The notes beneath the pieces were generated by a model, which was not told the origin of the DNA, did no database searches, and saw nothing but the letters and a program-made list of their open reading frames with translations. Positions 8,664 to 18,435 of a stretch of DNA of 64,000 nucleotides are shown in pieces. The position numbers and the translations under genes were made by a program. Source of the DNA: Candidatus Brocadiia bacterium (GTDB lineage: Bacteria; Planctomycetota; PUPC01); the NCBI GenBank assembly GCA_030605345.1, contig JAUWIN010000001.1, positions 5,253 to 69,252 of the forward strand. Reading direction: 5' to 3'. The first letter of the stretch is position 1. Every line of letters starts with the position of its first letter.

Positions 8664-9440
8664 ATGGAACTCAAGCCCATAGGTAAAGTCCGCTCACTTT
8701 CAGCGGGCCGATCGGTACTCGAAGTTGATGACGCGTATAAAAACGCCTTATATGGCATCCATCCGGGCGACCGGGTTCAGGTTCTCTATTGGATGCACGA
8801 ATTGCTCGCCGATGCCCGGCAGACCCTCAAGGTACATCCACGCGGCGACGGCAGCCGTCCCCTGCGCGGAGTTTTTGCTCTCCGAAGCCCAATGAGGCCC
8901 AACCCCATAGGCGTATCTGTGGTTAAGGTGGTGCAGGTTGGTGATGGTCAGGTCACCGTGACCGGGCTGGATGCCCTGGACGGTTCGCCCCTGGTGGATA
9001 TCAAAGGCACGACACGGCAGGCGCCGGCGCGGCTCACCACCATGTGGGGGAAGATTCATAACATACTGGTAGGTAAACTTGAAGACGAACTCGGCGAGGA
9101 GCATCTGCGAAACGCGCTTTATCAGGCATTGTGGGAAGCAGGAGGTGCTGCGGCTGAAGGGCATCTGGATGATGCCGCCGCCATCGGCCGACAGATCATG
9201 ACCATCGAAGAGTCCTTTGATATCAAGGGGCGAATTTGCGAAGACACTCCCCACTGCTTCGTGCGGGAGGTCACTTACTGCCCGTGGTCCTACTTCAGGC
9301 CTTTGAGTTGCATGCTTTTTGCCTGGTGGATGGAAGGATTTTGCTACGGCCTCAACCCGGGGTTTCGTTATCGCCTCGAGAAATTGGTTCCCCGGGGAGA
9401 CAACAGCTGCGTGTGGTCGGTTTCAAGGCTGCCTGATTAG
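8664..9440 (+). CDS. TsaA/TrmO (YaeB)-like SAM-dependent methyltransferase domain protein with an uncharacterised Cys/Trp-rich C-terminal domain
   Basis: The N-terminal 130 aa match the TsaA family (RPNPIGVSVVKVV...GLDALDGSPLVDIKG). The C-terminal ~110 aa (CPWSYFRPLSCMLFAWWMEGFCYGLNPGF) are not recognised. Confidence 0.6.
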   Translation: MELKPIGKVRSLSAGRSVLEVDDAYKNALYGIHPGDRVQVLYWMHELLADARQTLKVHPRGDGSRPLRGVFALRSPMRPNPIGVSVVKVVQVGDGQVTVTGLDALDGSPLVDIKGTTRQAPARLTTMWGKIHNILVGKLEDELGEEHLRNALYQALWEAGGAAAEGHLDDAAAIGRQIMTIEESFDIKGRICEDTPHCFVREVTYCPWSYFRPLSCMLFAWWMEGFCYGLNPGFRYRLEKLVPRGDNSCVWSVSRLPD

Positions 9441-9549
9441 CCGAGGACGGTGCAGGCAGCAGCGGGAGCTCCGGCCCTCGCCTTGCTGAATGTAGCGGGC
9501 CCTTGCACCGGTGACGATGAGCCGCCGCGCTTGCGCCGGCAGGGACAAT

Positions 9550-10707
9550 CTATCGCCGCGCGGCGCTGCGGGATGCTCTCAGAACTGTCGAGTAGATTCG
9601 CTCGACCTGTTCAGCCTGTGTGGCGGGGTCGAACCGTTCGAGGGCTGTGCGGCGTGCGGCGGCACCCATCCTGCGGCGGAGTTCTTCATCCCGGGCAAGG
9701 CGGACAACGGCTCCTGCCAGGTTGGCGGGGGAATCTTCTACCACCAGCCCAGTCTCTCCATCGGACACCAGTTCGGGCAACATGCCGCGCCTCGCGGCGA
9801 TGACGGGCGTGCCGAGGGCCATCGCCTCGCGCGCCGCGCGGCAAGACCCATCGGTGCCCGGAACCAGGAATACTTTGACATCGAAGGCGCGCAGCGCCGC
9901 GCCGTATTCGTCGCCACTGAGATATCCGGGGAACAGCACCACGTCATCGAGGCCCAGCCGGTGTGCTGGTTTGACCGCTACAGCTTGTTTGTGGGTCCCG
10001 CGGCCGACGATTACGAGTTTGAGACGCGGCAGTTGCTCCCGCGCTATGGCGGCTGCGTCGAGCAGCACGTCGAACCTCCGCCGCTTCTGGATGCGCGCGG
10101 CGACCCCGACCACGAAGTCGGCGGCGGCGAGGCCGAGTTTCGCCCGCCCGTCGGCAAGGTCACGCGCCGGGTCGAACCTGGCCACGTCAATTGCCCCGTG
10201 GACCAGATGTGTAGTTCCGGCGTCAAGGTCGAAGCGCCTCACGTCCCCTTCCAGCGCCGCCTGCGACAGTTCTATCAGCGCGTCCGCCCTTTTCGGGAAC
10301 AGGAAGCGGTTGCGAAGGTTCAGGTGCATCGGGACTGCGTCGTGGTTGGTGCGGACGATGGCGGGGCGCCGGTTGCAGCGTCGCGCCGCCAGCGCCGCGG
10401 TCAGATGGTCGTTGACGAGGTTGCAGTGGACGATTTCAAAGCCGCGCCGGTCGATGAAGTCGGCGAGGCGCAGGGCGTCGCGCAGGAGCGGGAACGGGCT
10501 GAAGTGCTTGGGCAAGGCGAGACTGGTCGTCGTGTCGAGCCCCTGGCCGGTGGCAAGGGAATCAACATAGCCCTGCCCCTCACGACGCGGGTGTGGATGA
10601 GCCAGGGTGACCTCGTGGCCGCGCCTCATCAGTTCGGCGGCCAGCCGGACCGCTGGCTCGGCGGGGCCGGTCACCTTGTAATTGCTGAACAAGTGGCGCA
10701 GTTTCAT
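9550..10707 (-). CDS. glycosyltransferase family 4 (GT-B, WaaG/RfaG-like)
   Basis: C-terminal EAMALGTPVIAARRGMLPELVSDGETGLVVE matches the GT4 E-X7-E region. Part of the LPS-core locus. Confidence 0.75.
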   Translation of the reverse strand: MKLRHLFSNYKVTGPAEPAVRLAAELMRRGHEVTLAHPHPRREGQGYVDSLATGQGLDTTTSLALPKHFSPFPLLRDALRLADFIDRRGFEIVHCNLVNDHLTAALAARRCNRRPAIVRTNHDAVPMHLNLRNRFLFPKRADALIELSQAALEGDVRRFDLDAGTTHLVHGAIDVARFDPARDLADGRAKLGLAAADFVVGVAARIQKRRRFDVLLDAAAIAREQLPRLKLVIVGRGTHKQAVAVKPAHRLGLDDVVLFPGYLSGDEYGAALRAFDVKVFLVPGTDGSCRAAREAMALGTPVIAARRGMLPELVSDGETGLVVEDSPANLAGAVVRLARDEELRRRMGAAARRTALERFDPATQAEQVERIYSTVLRASRSAARR

Positions 10708-12344
10708 ACGGCTTTACCCTCTCGCCTGCGGTGTTCGAGAATCTCCGCTCCGCCGCGTTGGAGCCAGCGCCGGTGGCGGGCGCGGCTTATGGCGTCGATT
10801 TCGGCCAGAAGTTCAGGCTGGCGGAACTCAGGCCGGCCGCGGGAATATTCTCGGAAAAACCGCAGCCGGTCGGCTCTGGACGGCTTGACATAGACATCGT
10901 CGATCTGGCCGAGGTTCTTAATCCTGAAGTTGAGGGATGGCGCCCGCCCGGTGCGTATGTCGCCGACATCGATGAGGTAGAATTCCCATCCGTCCTGCAT
11001 TTCGCGCACCAAGACGTTCTTTCCGGAGAGGTCGCGGTGACGGAGTTTGTGTGAGTGAATCCGCCTGACAAAGTTAGCGGCCTGGGAGATGAACCGGCGC
11101 CATTTGTGGAGCGCGTCTGTACCGACCGGTCGGGCGGTGTCGGCCACATAGTCGTTGAAGCGGCTCGCGCCGGTGACGTAGTGGGTGATGAAGAACGAGC
11201 GGCGGCCGGCCTCGGCCATGGCGCACGCCTCCGGCGTGCGTATCCCGCGCACGCGGCAGGCATGCGAGCCGACCCAAGCGAAGCTGGCGCGCGAGCCGCG
11301 GAAGAAATCGCCGATGCACTGAAACAGCCCCGGTCGGATAAATTCCTTCACGCACAGAGGAGGCCACCTCTCGTCGCTCAAGTTAACGACGGTTATCCGT
11401 GCTCGCCGGTTGCTCATCAGGACTTCCGTGCCGCGTTGGTCTGCGGTTTTTGCCCGGTGTTGCTCGACGGCCTCGGCCACGAGCTCAGCTGGGAAATCCA
11501 CCCGGCGGTATACCTTCATCCCACTGACGCGCTCACGCCGGAAACCTGTCGACTTTTTCACGCAGCGTTTTGTTCGGCTTGCGTATCTGCGCTCTCGGCT
11601 GCGTATGACGCCGCGACCGAGGGCAACTGCGAAGTTCTCTATTTCTTCCCCGGATGCATCCTGGCCGAGGTATGCGCGGGCGAACGCCAGGTGGTCTTTC
11701 GGGCCCAGGCCGTCGCGCGGTGACGAGAGAAGTTGCGCCACGTTTGCAATGCGCTTCCGCTTAGACACGAGCCTGCCAACGGTTACGCGGTGGAGATCGA
11801 TAAGAACAAGCTCATCGCCTGCGACGAGGATGTTGCCGGCGTGTAGGTCGCGGTGGAGCACGTTGGCGTCGTGCATTCTCCTGACGAGACGGGCGACATC
11901 GCTGAGCAATTCCGGTCTGTGGCCGAGCGCTTCGCGCAGCGGGACCCCGTTCTCGACCGCCTCAGACACTAGCACCGCCTCTGCGAACACGCCGGCGACC
12001 CGCCGCTCGCCCAGCGCAATGACGCGGGCCACGCGCAACCCACGGCCGGCCATCGCGCGCGAGGCGTCCCATTCAACCAACGCCCGTGACGGCAGCAGGA
12101 GATACTTTAACCGTTCCTTCAGCGAGTGCACCTTGTGGTGCTTGATAAAGACCGTCCGCCCGGCAAGTTCAAGCCGGTACACCGTGCGGGTGAGCGTGCG
12201 CTTGATCAGCACTGCTCCGGCTGTTCCCAGCGCGTTCAGGCTCGGAGCCAGTACCTCGCGCAGGGGTTTCTCGAACCACTTTTCGACGGCCCACCGCATT
12301 CCGCCAAGGTTGAAATGCGCGAGTTGTCCGCCTGAATCCTTCAC
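10704..12344 (-). CDS. tandem (two-domain) lipopolysaccharide core kinase, Kdo/WaaP/RfaP family
   Basis: Two kinase catalytic loops, HRDLHAGNILV...LIDLHRV and HRDLSGKNVLV...LIDVGDI, in one 546-aa ORF. Start overlaps the downstream GT4 (ATGA). Confidence 0.65.
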   Translation of the reverse strand: MKDSGGQLAHFNLGGMRWAVEKWFEKPLREVLAPSLNALGTAGAVLIKRTLTRTVYRLELAGRTVFIKHHKVHSLKERLKYLLLPSRALVEWDASRAMAGRGLRVARVIALGERRVAGVFAEAVLVSEAVENGVPLREALGHRPELLSDVARLVRRMHDANVLHRDLHAGNILVAGDELVLIDLHRVTVGRLVSKRKRIANVAQLLSSPRDGLGPKDHLAFARAYLGQDASGEEIENFAVALGRGVIRSRERRYASRTKRCVKKSTGFRRERVSGMKVYRRVDFPAELVAEAVEQHRAKTADQRGTEVLMSNRRARITVVNLSDERWPPLCVKEFIRPGLFQCIGDFFRGSRASFAWVGSHACRVRGIRTPEACAMAEAGRRSFFITHYVTGASRFNDYVADTARPVGTDALHKWRRFISQAANFVRRIHSHKLRHRDLSGKNVLVREMQDGWEFYLIDVGDIRTGRAPSLNFRIKNLGQIDDVYVKPSRADRLRFFREYSRGRPEFRQPELLAEIDAISRARHRRWLQRGGAEILEHRRREGKAV

Positions 12345-12422
12345 GATATACCCCGGTGTTTTTGAGTTTCGAGTTTCGGACCTGCGGAACTCGGAACACG
12401 GAACTCGAAGCTCGAAATTCGT

Positions 12423-13199
12423 TTATCGTCGTCCGCTCGGCAGTTTGCCTGTTGCACCACGCCGGTTCATCTCCCAGAGCTTCGCATACCTCGCGAAGAT
12501 GCTCATGGCCGAGAGCCCACAGAGAAGCAGGCCGTGGAACCCGTCGAGAAAGCCGAGCTTCAATACGTACATCTTAAAGAATTTTACCGGCGGCTTGAGG
12601 AGCAGGTGCCACCATCGCGCACACACACCACGACGAAACATGTCGGCAGCAGCCCAGGAGGAGTATCGGTCGAACTTTTCGAAGTAGTTCCTCAAGTCGC
12701 GGTCCGTGTAGTGCAAGAGGTCCCCATCCAGTTGCCCCACCCTGCCGTCGAGGATGATACTCTCGTGGACTTCAACTTGATTATAGTGCCCCTTGTCGCG
12801 CCGGAACAGGCGTAGCGGCCAGTCGCGGTTCCATCCGCAGTGACGGATGAATTTTCCAAGGAAGTAGCTGCGCCGGTGGACGCGGTAGCCGTCGCAGTCG
12901 CCGCTCTCGACGGCTTTTTTGATGGCGGAGCGAAGTCCTGGCGTGATGCGCTCGTCCGCGTCCAGGATCATCACCCACTCACCGCCCGCCTGGGGGATGA
13001 TCCAGTTCTTCTGGGTCGCCGGGTTGATGTATTCGTGCTGGACGACGTTGGCGGTGTGTTCGGCTGCAATCTCGCAGGTGCGGTCTGTGCTCCCGGAGTC
13101 ACAAACGATAATTTCGTCGGCCCACGTGGCTGTTTCAAGGCACTCGCGGATGTTGTGTTCCTCGTTCTTTGTCGTCACGATGACGGTAATCTTGCCCAA
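12423..13199 (-). CDS. glycosyltransferase family 2 (LPS core GT, WaaE/KdtX-like)
   Basis: VIVTTKNEEHNIRECLETATWADEIIVCDSGSTDRT plus a DXD motif ILDADE; GT-A fold. Confidence 0.75.
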   Translation of the reverse strand: MGKITVIVTTKNEEHNIRECLETATWADEIIVCDSGSTDRTCEIAAEHTANVVQHEYINPATQKNWIIPQAGGEWVMILDADERITPGLRSAIKKAVESGDCDGYRVHRRSYFLGKFIRHCGWNRDWPLRLFRRDKGHYNQVEVHESIILDGRVGQLDGDLLHYTDRDLRNYFEKFDRYSSWAAADMFRRGVCARWWHLLLKPPVKFFKMYVLKLGFLDGFHGLLLCGLSAMSIFARYAKLWEMNRRGATGKLPSGRR

Positions 13200-13250
13200 G
13201 TCTCTTCCGTTCTCGTCGGCAATACCAGACCCCGGCGTGATGCAAACAAT

Positions 13251-14438
13251 CTACGTGGGAGGATAGGGCCGGGGGCTTGGTTTGCGCGAACGTCTTTTTT
13301 CCGCCAGCACGATGTCGTACAGTTCCATTATCTCCTTGAAGTTTCGTTCGAGCGGGCGCGTCTCCGCCAGCGCGCGCGCGGCGACCCCGGCGGCCCGACG
13401 CGTATCAGGACGAAGAAGCTCACGAATCGCGCCGACGAGTGCACCCGTGTCGTCGGGATCGACGACATACCCCTCTTTTCCCTGCGTGATGAGCTCACCC
13501 GCACCGTTGAAGATGCTCGTTACTACTGGCAGGCCGCTGGCCAGGGCTTCGAGGACGACGTTGGCGCAGGGATCATAATAGCTCGGGAAAACGAGCATGT
13601 CGGCGGCGGCATAGAAGCGCTCTGGTTCACGTGATGGGCCAACATACTGCACCATGTGCTCGGCGCCCAGTTCCGCCGTTTCCGCCGCGTAGCGGGCCTG
13701 CTTGCCGCCACCAAGCACCAGGAGGCGAATCGGTGGTTGGCTATCCTTTAGGCAAGCCACCGCCCTAATCGCTGGGCGCAGCCCCTTGCGCTTGAAATTG
13801 TGTCCAACAAACAGAAGTGTCACCTCGTGATCTAATCCAAGCAGTTTTCGCGTCTCCTCACGGAAGCGTTCGCGGTTGCGCGGATGAAACCGATCTAGAT
13901 CGACACCGTTGTAGATGACACGGATTCGCTCGGGAGACGCCGGGTAGAACCGGAGGATTTGCTCTCTCACCATGCGCGAGTTGGCGATAACAAACGGGCC
14001 GGCCCGCCGGAACTGCTCGGCTTCCAGTCTGAGGACAAGCCGGTGGTCAAGGCTCAGCTTCTGGCGCATGCGGGAGAGGAAACGTTTCGGACCCGTGCCT
14101 ACCGCCTTGAGCTCTTGCTCTAGCCACGCCCGGTGAACTCCGCCGCCGGGCCGGAAGACGTCCATATACACGCTTTTCCCGAAGCCGTGGATGATGTCGA
14201 ACGATTCGCCCTGGAGCATCTTTGCCGTGCGCCGGGCGAACGTCCAGCGCCGCAGAAGTTTCATCGGACGTGTGGGGACCCGGTGGAAGACAAGGTCGTT
14301 CTCCGCCACATTCCATTCGTTCGTAATCTCGTGGACCTCGTGTCCGGCCGCAAGGAGCGCGCGGCCGAAGTTGCGAACGTAGGTCTCGCCCCCGCCCTTT
14401 GCAGGATCGAAATACTCGATGGTCAGAGCGGTTTTCAT
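13251..14438 (-). CDS. glycosyltransferase family 4
   Basis: GT4 C-terminal region EALASGLPVVTSIFNGAGELITQGKEGYVV. Confidence 0.75.
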   Translation of the reverse strand: MKTALTIEYFDPAKGGGETYVRNFGRALLAAGHEVHEITNEWNVAENDLVFHRVPTRPMKLLRRWTFARRTAKMLQGESFDIIHGFGKSVYMDVFRPGGGVHRAWLEQELKAVGTGPKRFLSRMRQKLSLDHRLVLRLEAEQFRRAGPFVIANSRMVREQILRFYPASPERIRVIYNGVDLDRFHPRNRERFREETRKLLGLDHEVTLLFVGHNFKRKGLRPAIRAVACLKDSQPPIRLLVLGGGKQARYAAETAELGAEHMVQYVGPSREPERFYAAADMLVFPSYYDPCANVVLEALASGLPVVTSIFNGAGELITQGKEGYVVDPDDTGALVGAIRELLRPDTRRAAGVAARALAETRPLERNFKEIMELYDIVLAEKRRSRKPSPRPYPPT

Positions 14439-14563
14439 TGCTTAGGATTATTCTCGCCGCGATGCGCCAAGCCATCATATGATATGATCGTCTCGGCCAA
14501 TTCCCTTGCCACTATTGTCGTCAAGGTGTCATGCCGCCAAGACGTCATTAACAAGCAATGGAC

Positions 14564-15661
14564 TCAGCGTGACCGCTCGTTGACCAGTTGAGCGTACACG
14601 CGTTCGATTCGGTCAGTCACGAGCTCCCGGTCGAACAGTTTCTCCGCTCGCTCGCGGCCCTTTTCGCCCATTTCCTGCAACGCCTTTGGGTCTTCAATCA
14701 CGGCGGCGATGGTATCGGCCATAGCCCCGGGGTCGTCAGGCGGACAAAGCCGCCCTGTCACACCGTCGACGACGGCCTCAGGTATGCCACCAACACGGGT
14801 AGCCACGATCGGCTTGGCCATGGCCATCGCCTCCAAAAGAGCGTTTCCCATGCCTGCCTTCTTGTTGGGCTGGACAAAGAGGTCCATCACGCTTAGCATC
14901 GCGGGCATGTCCTCAGTGAACCCGGGCACAATCAGGCGGTCTGAGATACCCAACTTCATGGCCTCTTCCACCAGGCCCTCGCTGCCGTGTCCGACGAGGA
15001 GGAGCCGCGCGTGGCGAAACCGCGGGGCGAGCTTGCCGAATGCGCGAACGAGGGTCCGCGCCTGTACGCTCTTGCTTCCCAGCCGCGCGGCACATCCGAC
15101 AATAAAATGCTCCGCCGATAACCCGAGCTCAGCTAATACACGAGGCTGTTTCGGACGCGGAGAAAAGCGACGCGTATCAACCGCGTCGGGGATGACGACG
15201 ATCTTGTCCGACGTCACGCCGTCGGCGACAAGCACGTCTCGCGTCGCTCCCGACACGGCGATCAGGCGATCCGTGAGACCATCATAGAGCAGGCGGCTGA
15301 ATACGCCTCGTTTGAGCGGGACCGTGTTGTGTTTCGTTCGCACAAGCGATACGCCGCGGACGCCCAGAAGAGCCAACACCCCGAGCAAATGGTCGCGGGC
15401 GCTATGAACGTGGACGATGGTAAACCTGCCGCGCACGATGTGCCGCCTGATCCGGGGCGCCGACGTATACAGCCTCGCCCCGGACATACGCAGCCGCATC
15501 ACTGGCACGCCTGCTTGCTCCATCCGATCGCCCAGCATGCTATCAGGCGAGCAGGCCAGCGAGACGTCGTGCCCCCGCTGTCTCAGTACCTCTATCTCGG
15601 CGAGCGTGCGCAAGGGTTGGCCGCCGAGCTTCTTCTTGCGTTCTATGTGGAGTATACGCAT
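14564..15661 (-). CDS. glycosyltransferase family 4
   Basis: Start MRILHIERKK chosen (the ORF-track upstream extension lacks homology). LEAMAMAKPIVATRVGGIPEAVVDGVTG is the GT4 motif. Confidence 0.75.
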   Translation of the reverse strand: MRILHIERKKKLGGQPLRTLAEIEVLRQRGHDVSLACSPDSMLGDRMEQAGVPVMRLRMSGARLYTSAPRIRRHIVRGRFTIVHVHSARDHLLGVLALLGVRGVSLVRTKHNTVPLKRGVFSRLLYDGLTDRLIAVSGATRDVLVADGVTSDKIVVIPDAVDTRRFSPRPKQPRVLAELGLSAEHFIVGCAARLGSKSVQARTLVRAFGKLAPRFRHARLLLVGHGSEGLVEEAMKLGISDRLIVPGFTEDMPAMLSVMDLFVQPNKKAGMGNALLEAMAMAKPIVATRVGGIPEAVVDGVTGRLCPPDDPGAMADTIAAVIEDPKALQEMGEKGRERAEKLFDRELVTDRIERVYAQLVNERSR

Positions 15662-15668
15662 TCCAACT

Positions 15669-16337
15669 TCACAGTATAACCCTTCGCAGAAAGTGGAACA
15701 AGCCCATTCTTTTCCCGACGGTAAGTCGCGGTAGGCGCAGCGGATCGATGTCCGCTCCGACCGCGCCCCGAACGGTCGTGCAGGCGGTCTGATAGCCGGC
15801 CTTACGCACGGCTGCCACAGTCCGTTCATCGAAAGTCCCATACGGATAGCAGAAGTGGCGTATCTCCCGCCCTAACATGTCCTCTAGGATTTTTTTGGAA
15901 CCATCTACTTCGTTCCACAAGTCGTCCGACGAACATTCCGTGAGCCGTGCATGAGTCCGGCTGTGGCTGCCAATGTCAATGCCGGACTCGGTCATCTCCC
16001 TTAACTGCGAGCGGGTCAGGAGGGGGTATGGACGGTGACGTCCCGGCCAGTCGGATGATTGTCTGTCAGTTGTTGCGAAGACGACCGCTGGAATATGCCG
16101 GGCACTCAGCACCGGAAGGGCGTGGTCGTAAATGTCGCTGAAACCGTCGTCGAACGTTATCACGACGTTGCGCCGAGGCATGCGTCCTTCCGCTATAAAA
16201 TGCGGCACGGCATCAAGGTTGCAGAACCTATATCGTAAGAAACGGAGGGTACTAATCTGCTGGCGAAATCGCGCCACGGGAACTGTCAGTCGCTCGTAGG
16301 GTTGGCCACGGAGTTCAGCCACGCGATGGTAGGTCAA
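15669..16337 (-). CDS. polysaccharide deacetylase (NodB homology, CE4 family)
   Basis: VVITFDDGFSDIYDHALPVL and IGSHSRTHARL are canonical NodB motifs 1 and 3. Confidence 0.7.
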   Translation of the reverse strand: MTYHRVAELRGQPYERLTVPVARFRQQISTLRFLRYRFCNLDAVPHFIAEGRMPRRNVVITFDDGFSDIYDHALPVLSARHIPAVVFATTDRQSSDWPGRHRPYPLLTRSQLREMTESGIDIGSHSRTHARLTECSSDDLWNEVDGSKKILEDMLGREIRHFCYPYGTFDERTVAAVRKAGYQTACTTVRGAVGADIDPLRLPRLTVGKRMGLFHFLRRVIL

Positions 16338-16424
16338 TATGCTGAGGCCGGCGATCGCACACTCCCGCTTATCTGGTCGTTTATTGATTGTCCTTGTTGA
16401 TTGTGTCTAATGCCTCGTCCGCGG

Positions 16425-17147
16425 TCACATCCTGAACTCGTCGCCCAGGTAGCGGTCTCGAACTGCTTCGTCCGCCAGGACCTCCTCCGGTGTGCCGTGC
16501 ATCAAGATGACCCCCTCGTCGATGATGTAGGCGCAGTCGGTAATGGAGAGGGTATCACGGACGTTGTGGTCGGTCAGCAGGATGCCGATGCCGCGGTCAC
16601 GCATGGTGCCGATCATTTGCTTGATGTCCGAGACCTTTTTGGGGTCGACGCCCGAGAAGGGTTCGTCGAGCATGATGACGGCCGGACGGGTGACGAGCGC
16701 CCTTGCGATTTCGAGCCTGCGGCGTTCTCCGCCCGAGAGGTTGAGTGCGAGCGAGCCGGCGAGTTTGTCCAGCCCGAGGTCCTTGAGAATGGCCATCCCG
16801 CGCTGGGTGCGTTGGTGCCTCGGCACGTCCAGTGTCTCGATGATTGCAATGATGTTGTCGAGCACGGTCATTCGCTGGAAGACCGACGGCTCCTGCGAGA
16901 GGTATCCCATCCCCCGCCGCGCCCGGAGGTACATCGGCAGATGGGTGACATCTTCACCATTGAGGAAGACCGAGCCGGCCTGCGGAGAGATCATCCCGAT
17001 GGTCATCCTGAACGAGGTGGTCTTCCCAGCGCCGTTGGGGCCCAGCAGTCCGACCACTTGTCCAGGGTCCACAGCGAAACTGGCCTGGTTCACCACGGTC
17101 TTGTGGCCGTAAGACTTCACCAGCTTTTTTGCTTCGAGCAGGGCCAT
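16425..17147 (-). CDS. lptB: LPS export ABC transporter ATP-binding protein LptB
   Basis: LLGPNGAGKTTSF...LNGEDVTHLPMYLRARRGMGYLSQEPSVF...LSGGERRRLEIARAL closely matches the LptB family. Start MALLEAKKL chosen. Confidence 0.85.
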   Translation of the reverse strand: MALLEAKKLVKSYGHKTVVNQASFAVDPGQVVGLLGPNGAGKTTSFRMTIGMISPQAGSVFLNGEDVTHLPMYLRARRGMGYLSQEPSVFQRMTVLDNIIAIIETLDVPRHQRTQRGMAILKDLGLDKLAGSLALNLSGGERRRLEIARALVTRPAVIMLDEPFSGVDPKKVSDIKQMIGTMRDRGIGILLTDHNVRDTLSITDCAYIIDEGVILMHGTPEEVLADEAVRDRYLGDEFRM

Positions 17148-17157
17148 TGCGCTGTCC

Positions 17158-18435
17158 TCAATTAATAAACCTCCAGCGGGGAATAGGCCAGAAGACAAAG
17201 AACGCCTCGCCGATGAGGCTGGGTTGCTTGACCACGCCCCAGCTGCGGCTGTCGAAACTGTTGGGGCTGTTATCGCCGAGAACAAAATACTCGTCCGGGC
17301 CGAGTTTGAACGGCTGGTGGACCGCGAATCTCTGGTAGCGCCTGTTGGAGGTATAGAAGATGTCGCGCCAGAGCCGTACGTCGCGAACGGTCACGTCGCA
17401 GCCAGTGACGGCGAACTCGGCCCTGCTGATTTCGGTGCCGTGGAGTTGGGCTTCGGGGCCCGCCGGCACGCTGTCATCGAATGAGATGATTTCCTCGCCG
17501 TCCACCTCCAGTACAACACGCTGGTCAATGTTTGAGAATTCGACCAGATGTTCGCCATTTGCATTGAACGGTTCGGCGGCGTGGGCGGTTTCCTCGCCGT
17601 TGCACAGCAACCTGGGCGTCTCGCCCCGCTTGCCCAGTGGGAGGTAGGCGGCGTATTTGGTGTCGTCCTCGCGCAGACGGGCGATAATATACCCTGAGCC
17701 ACCGGTGTGCTTGAACCGCAAGGCCAGTTTGAGGTCTCCGACGATGTTGAACGGCCCCAAGCGTTGGCGGTTGGTAGCGCTTTTTCGGTCCGACTCCACT
17801 CGGTCTTCGATCTCGTCAAGATAACGGACACCGCATTCACGCGGGGGTGACGACCCGGAAAGTGTGATGGCGTCGCCACGCATGCGGACGGCGCCGTATT
17901 TGCCCCAGCGCTCGAAAAAAACCTCACCGCGCCTCTTCAGAATTTCGTCGTTGGCCACCGGCATGAGCAGTACGTCTTGGACATTTTCGGGCTTGTGTGA
18001 TATCCGGCTGTCGATGAACACGTCGCCGTTCCTGATCTCAATTTCCTGGCCCGGCAGCCCCACCAGCCGCTTCACATAATTGACGTAGTCCGCGCTGCCG
18101 GGGTATGTGACGGTTCCGTTTGGGTTCTGTTCAACGGCCTCGGCGACGAGGCGGGCGGCCGCGTCTTCCCGCGCACGCGCCCTGTAGAAATCGATACGGT
18201 GCTGGTCGATCTTGAAGACGATGATGTCCCACTGCTGGGGTGGATGTAGATCGAACTGGAACTTACTGACCAGGATGCGGTCGCCGTGGCTCTCACTCCC
18301 GATGAGCGTCGGCTCCATCGACGAGGTCGGGATGCGAAACGCCTCTACTACGTAGTGCCGCATGATCATCGCCAGGACAAAGGCGACCGCAAGGCTCTCG
18401 GCGTATTCCCTGACGGTCAGGCGCGTGAGTTTCAT
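17158..18435 (-). CDS. lepB: signal peptidase I (LepB) with an enlarged middle domain
   Basis: N-terminal TM segment, SMEPTL (box B, Ser nucleophile), VKRLVGLPGQ (box D, Lys) and GDNSPNSFDSRSWG (box E). Confidence 0.8.
   Translation of the reverse strand: MKLTRLTVREYAESLAVAFVLAMIMRHYVVEAFRIPTSSMEPTLIGSESHGDRILVSKFQFDLHPPQQWDIIVFKIDQHRIDFYRARAREDAAARLVAEAVEQNPNGTVTYPGSADYVNYVKRLVGLPGQEIEIRNGDVFIDSRISHKPENVQDVLLMPVANDEILKRRGEVFFERWGKYGAVRMRGDAITLSGSSPPRECGVRYLDEIEDRVESDRKSATNRQRLGPFNIVGDLKLALRFKHTGGSGYIIARLREDDTKYAAYLPLGKRGETPRLLCNGEETAHAAEPFNANGEHLVEFSNIDQRVVLEVDGEEIISFDDSVPAGPEAQLHGTEISRAEFAVTGCDVTVRDVRLWRDIFYTSNRRYQRFAVHQPFKLGPDEYFVLGDNSPNSFDSRSWGVVKQPSLIGEAFFVFWPIPRWRFIN

Noticed and set aside
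12356-12420. Imperfect long inverted repeat (GAGTTTCGAGTTTCGG...GGAACTCGAAGCTCGAAA) between the GT2 and kinase genes, considered as a terminator
   Set aside because: On the coding (-) strand it is not followed by a U-tract. It is more likely an RNA processing or structural element and I cannot support a specific function.
17158-18435. Large insertion in LepB flagged as potentially novel
   Set aside because: Signal peptidases I commonly carry variable domain-II insertions (E. coli LepB is 324 aa); 425 aa is within the known range.
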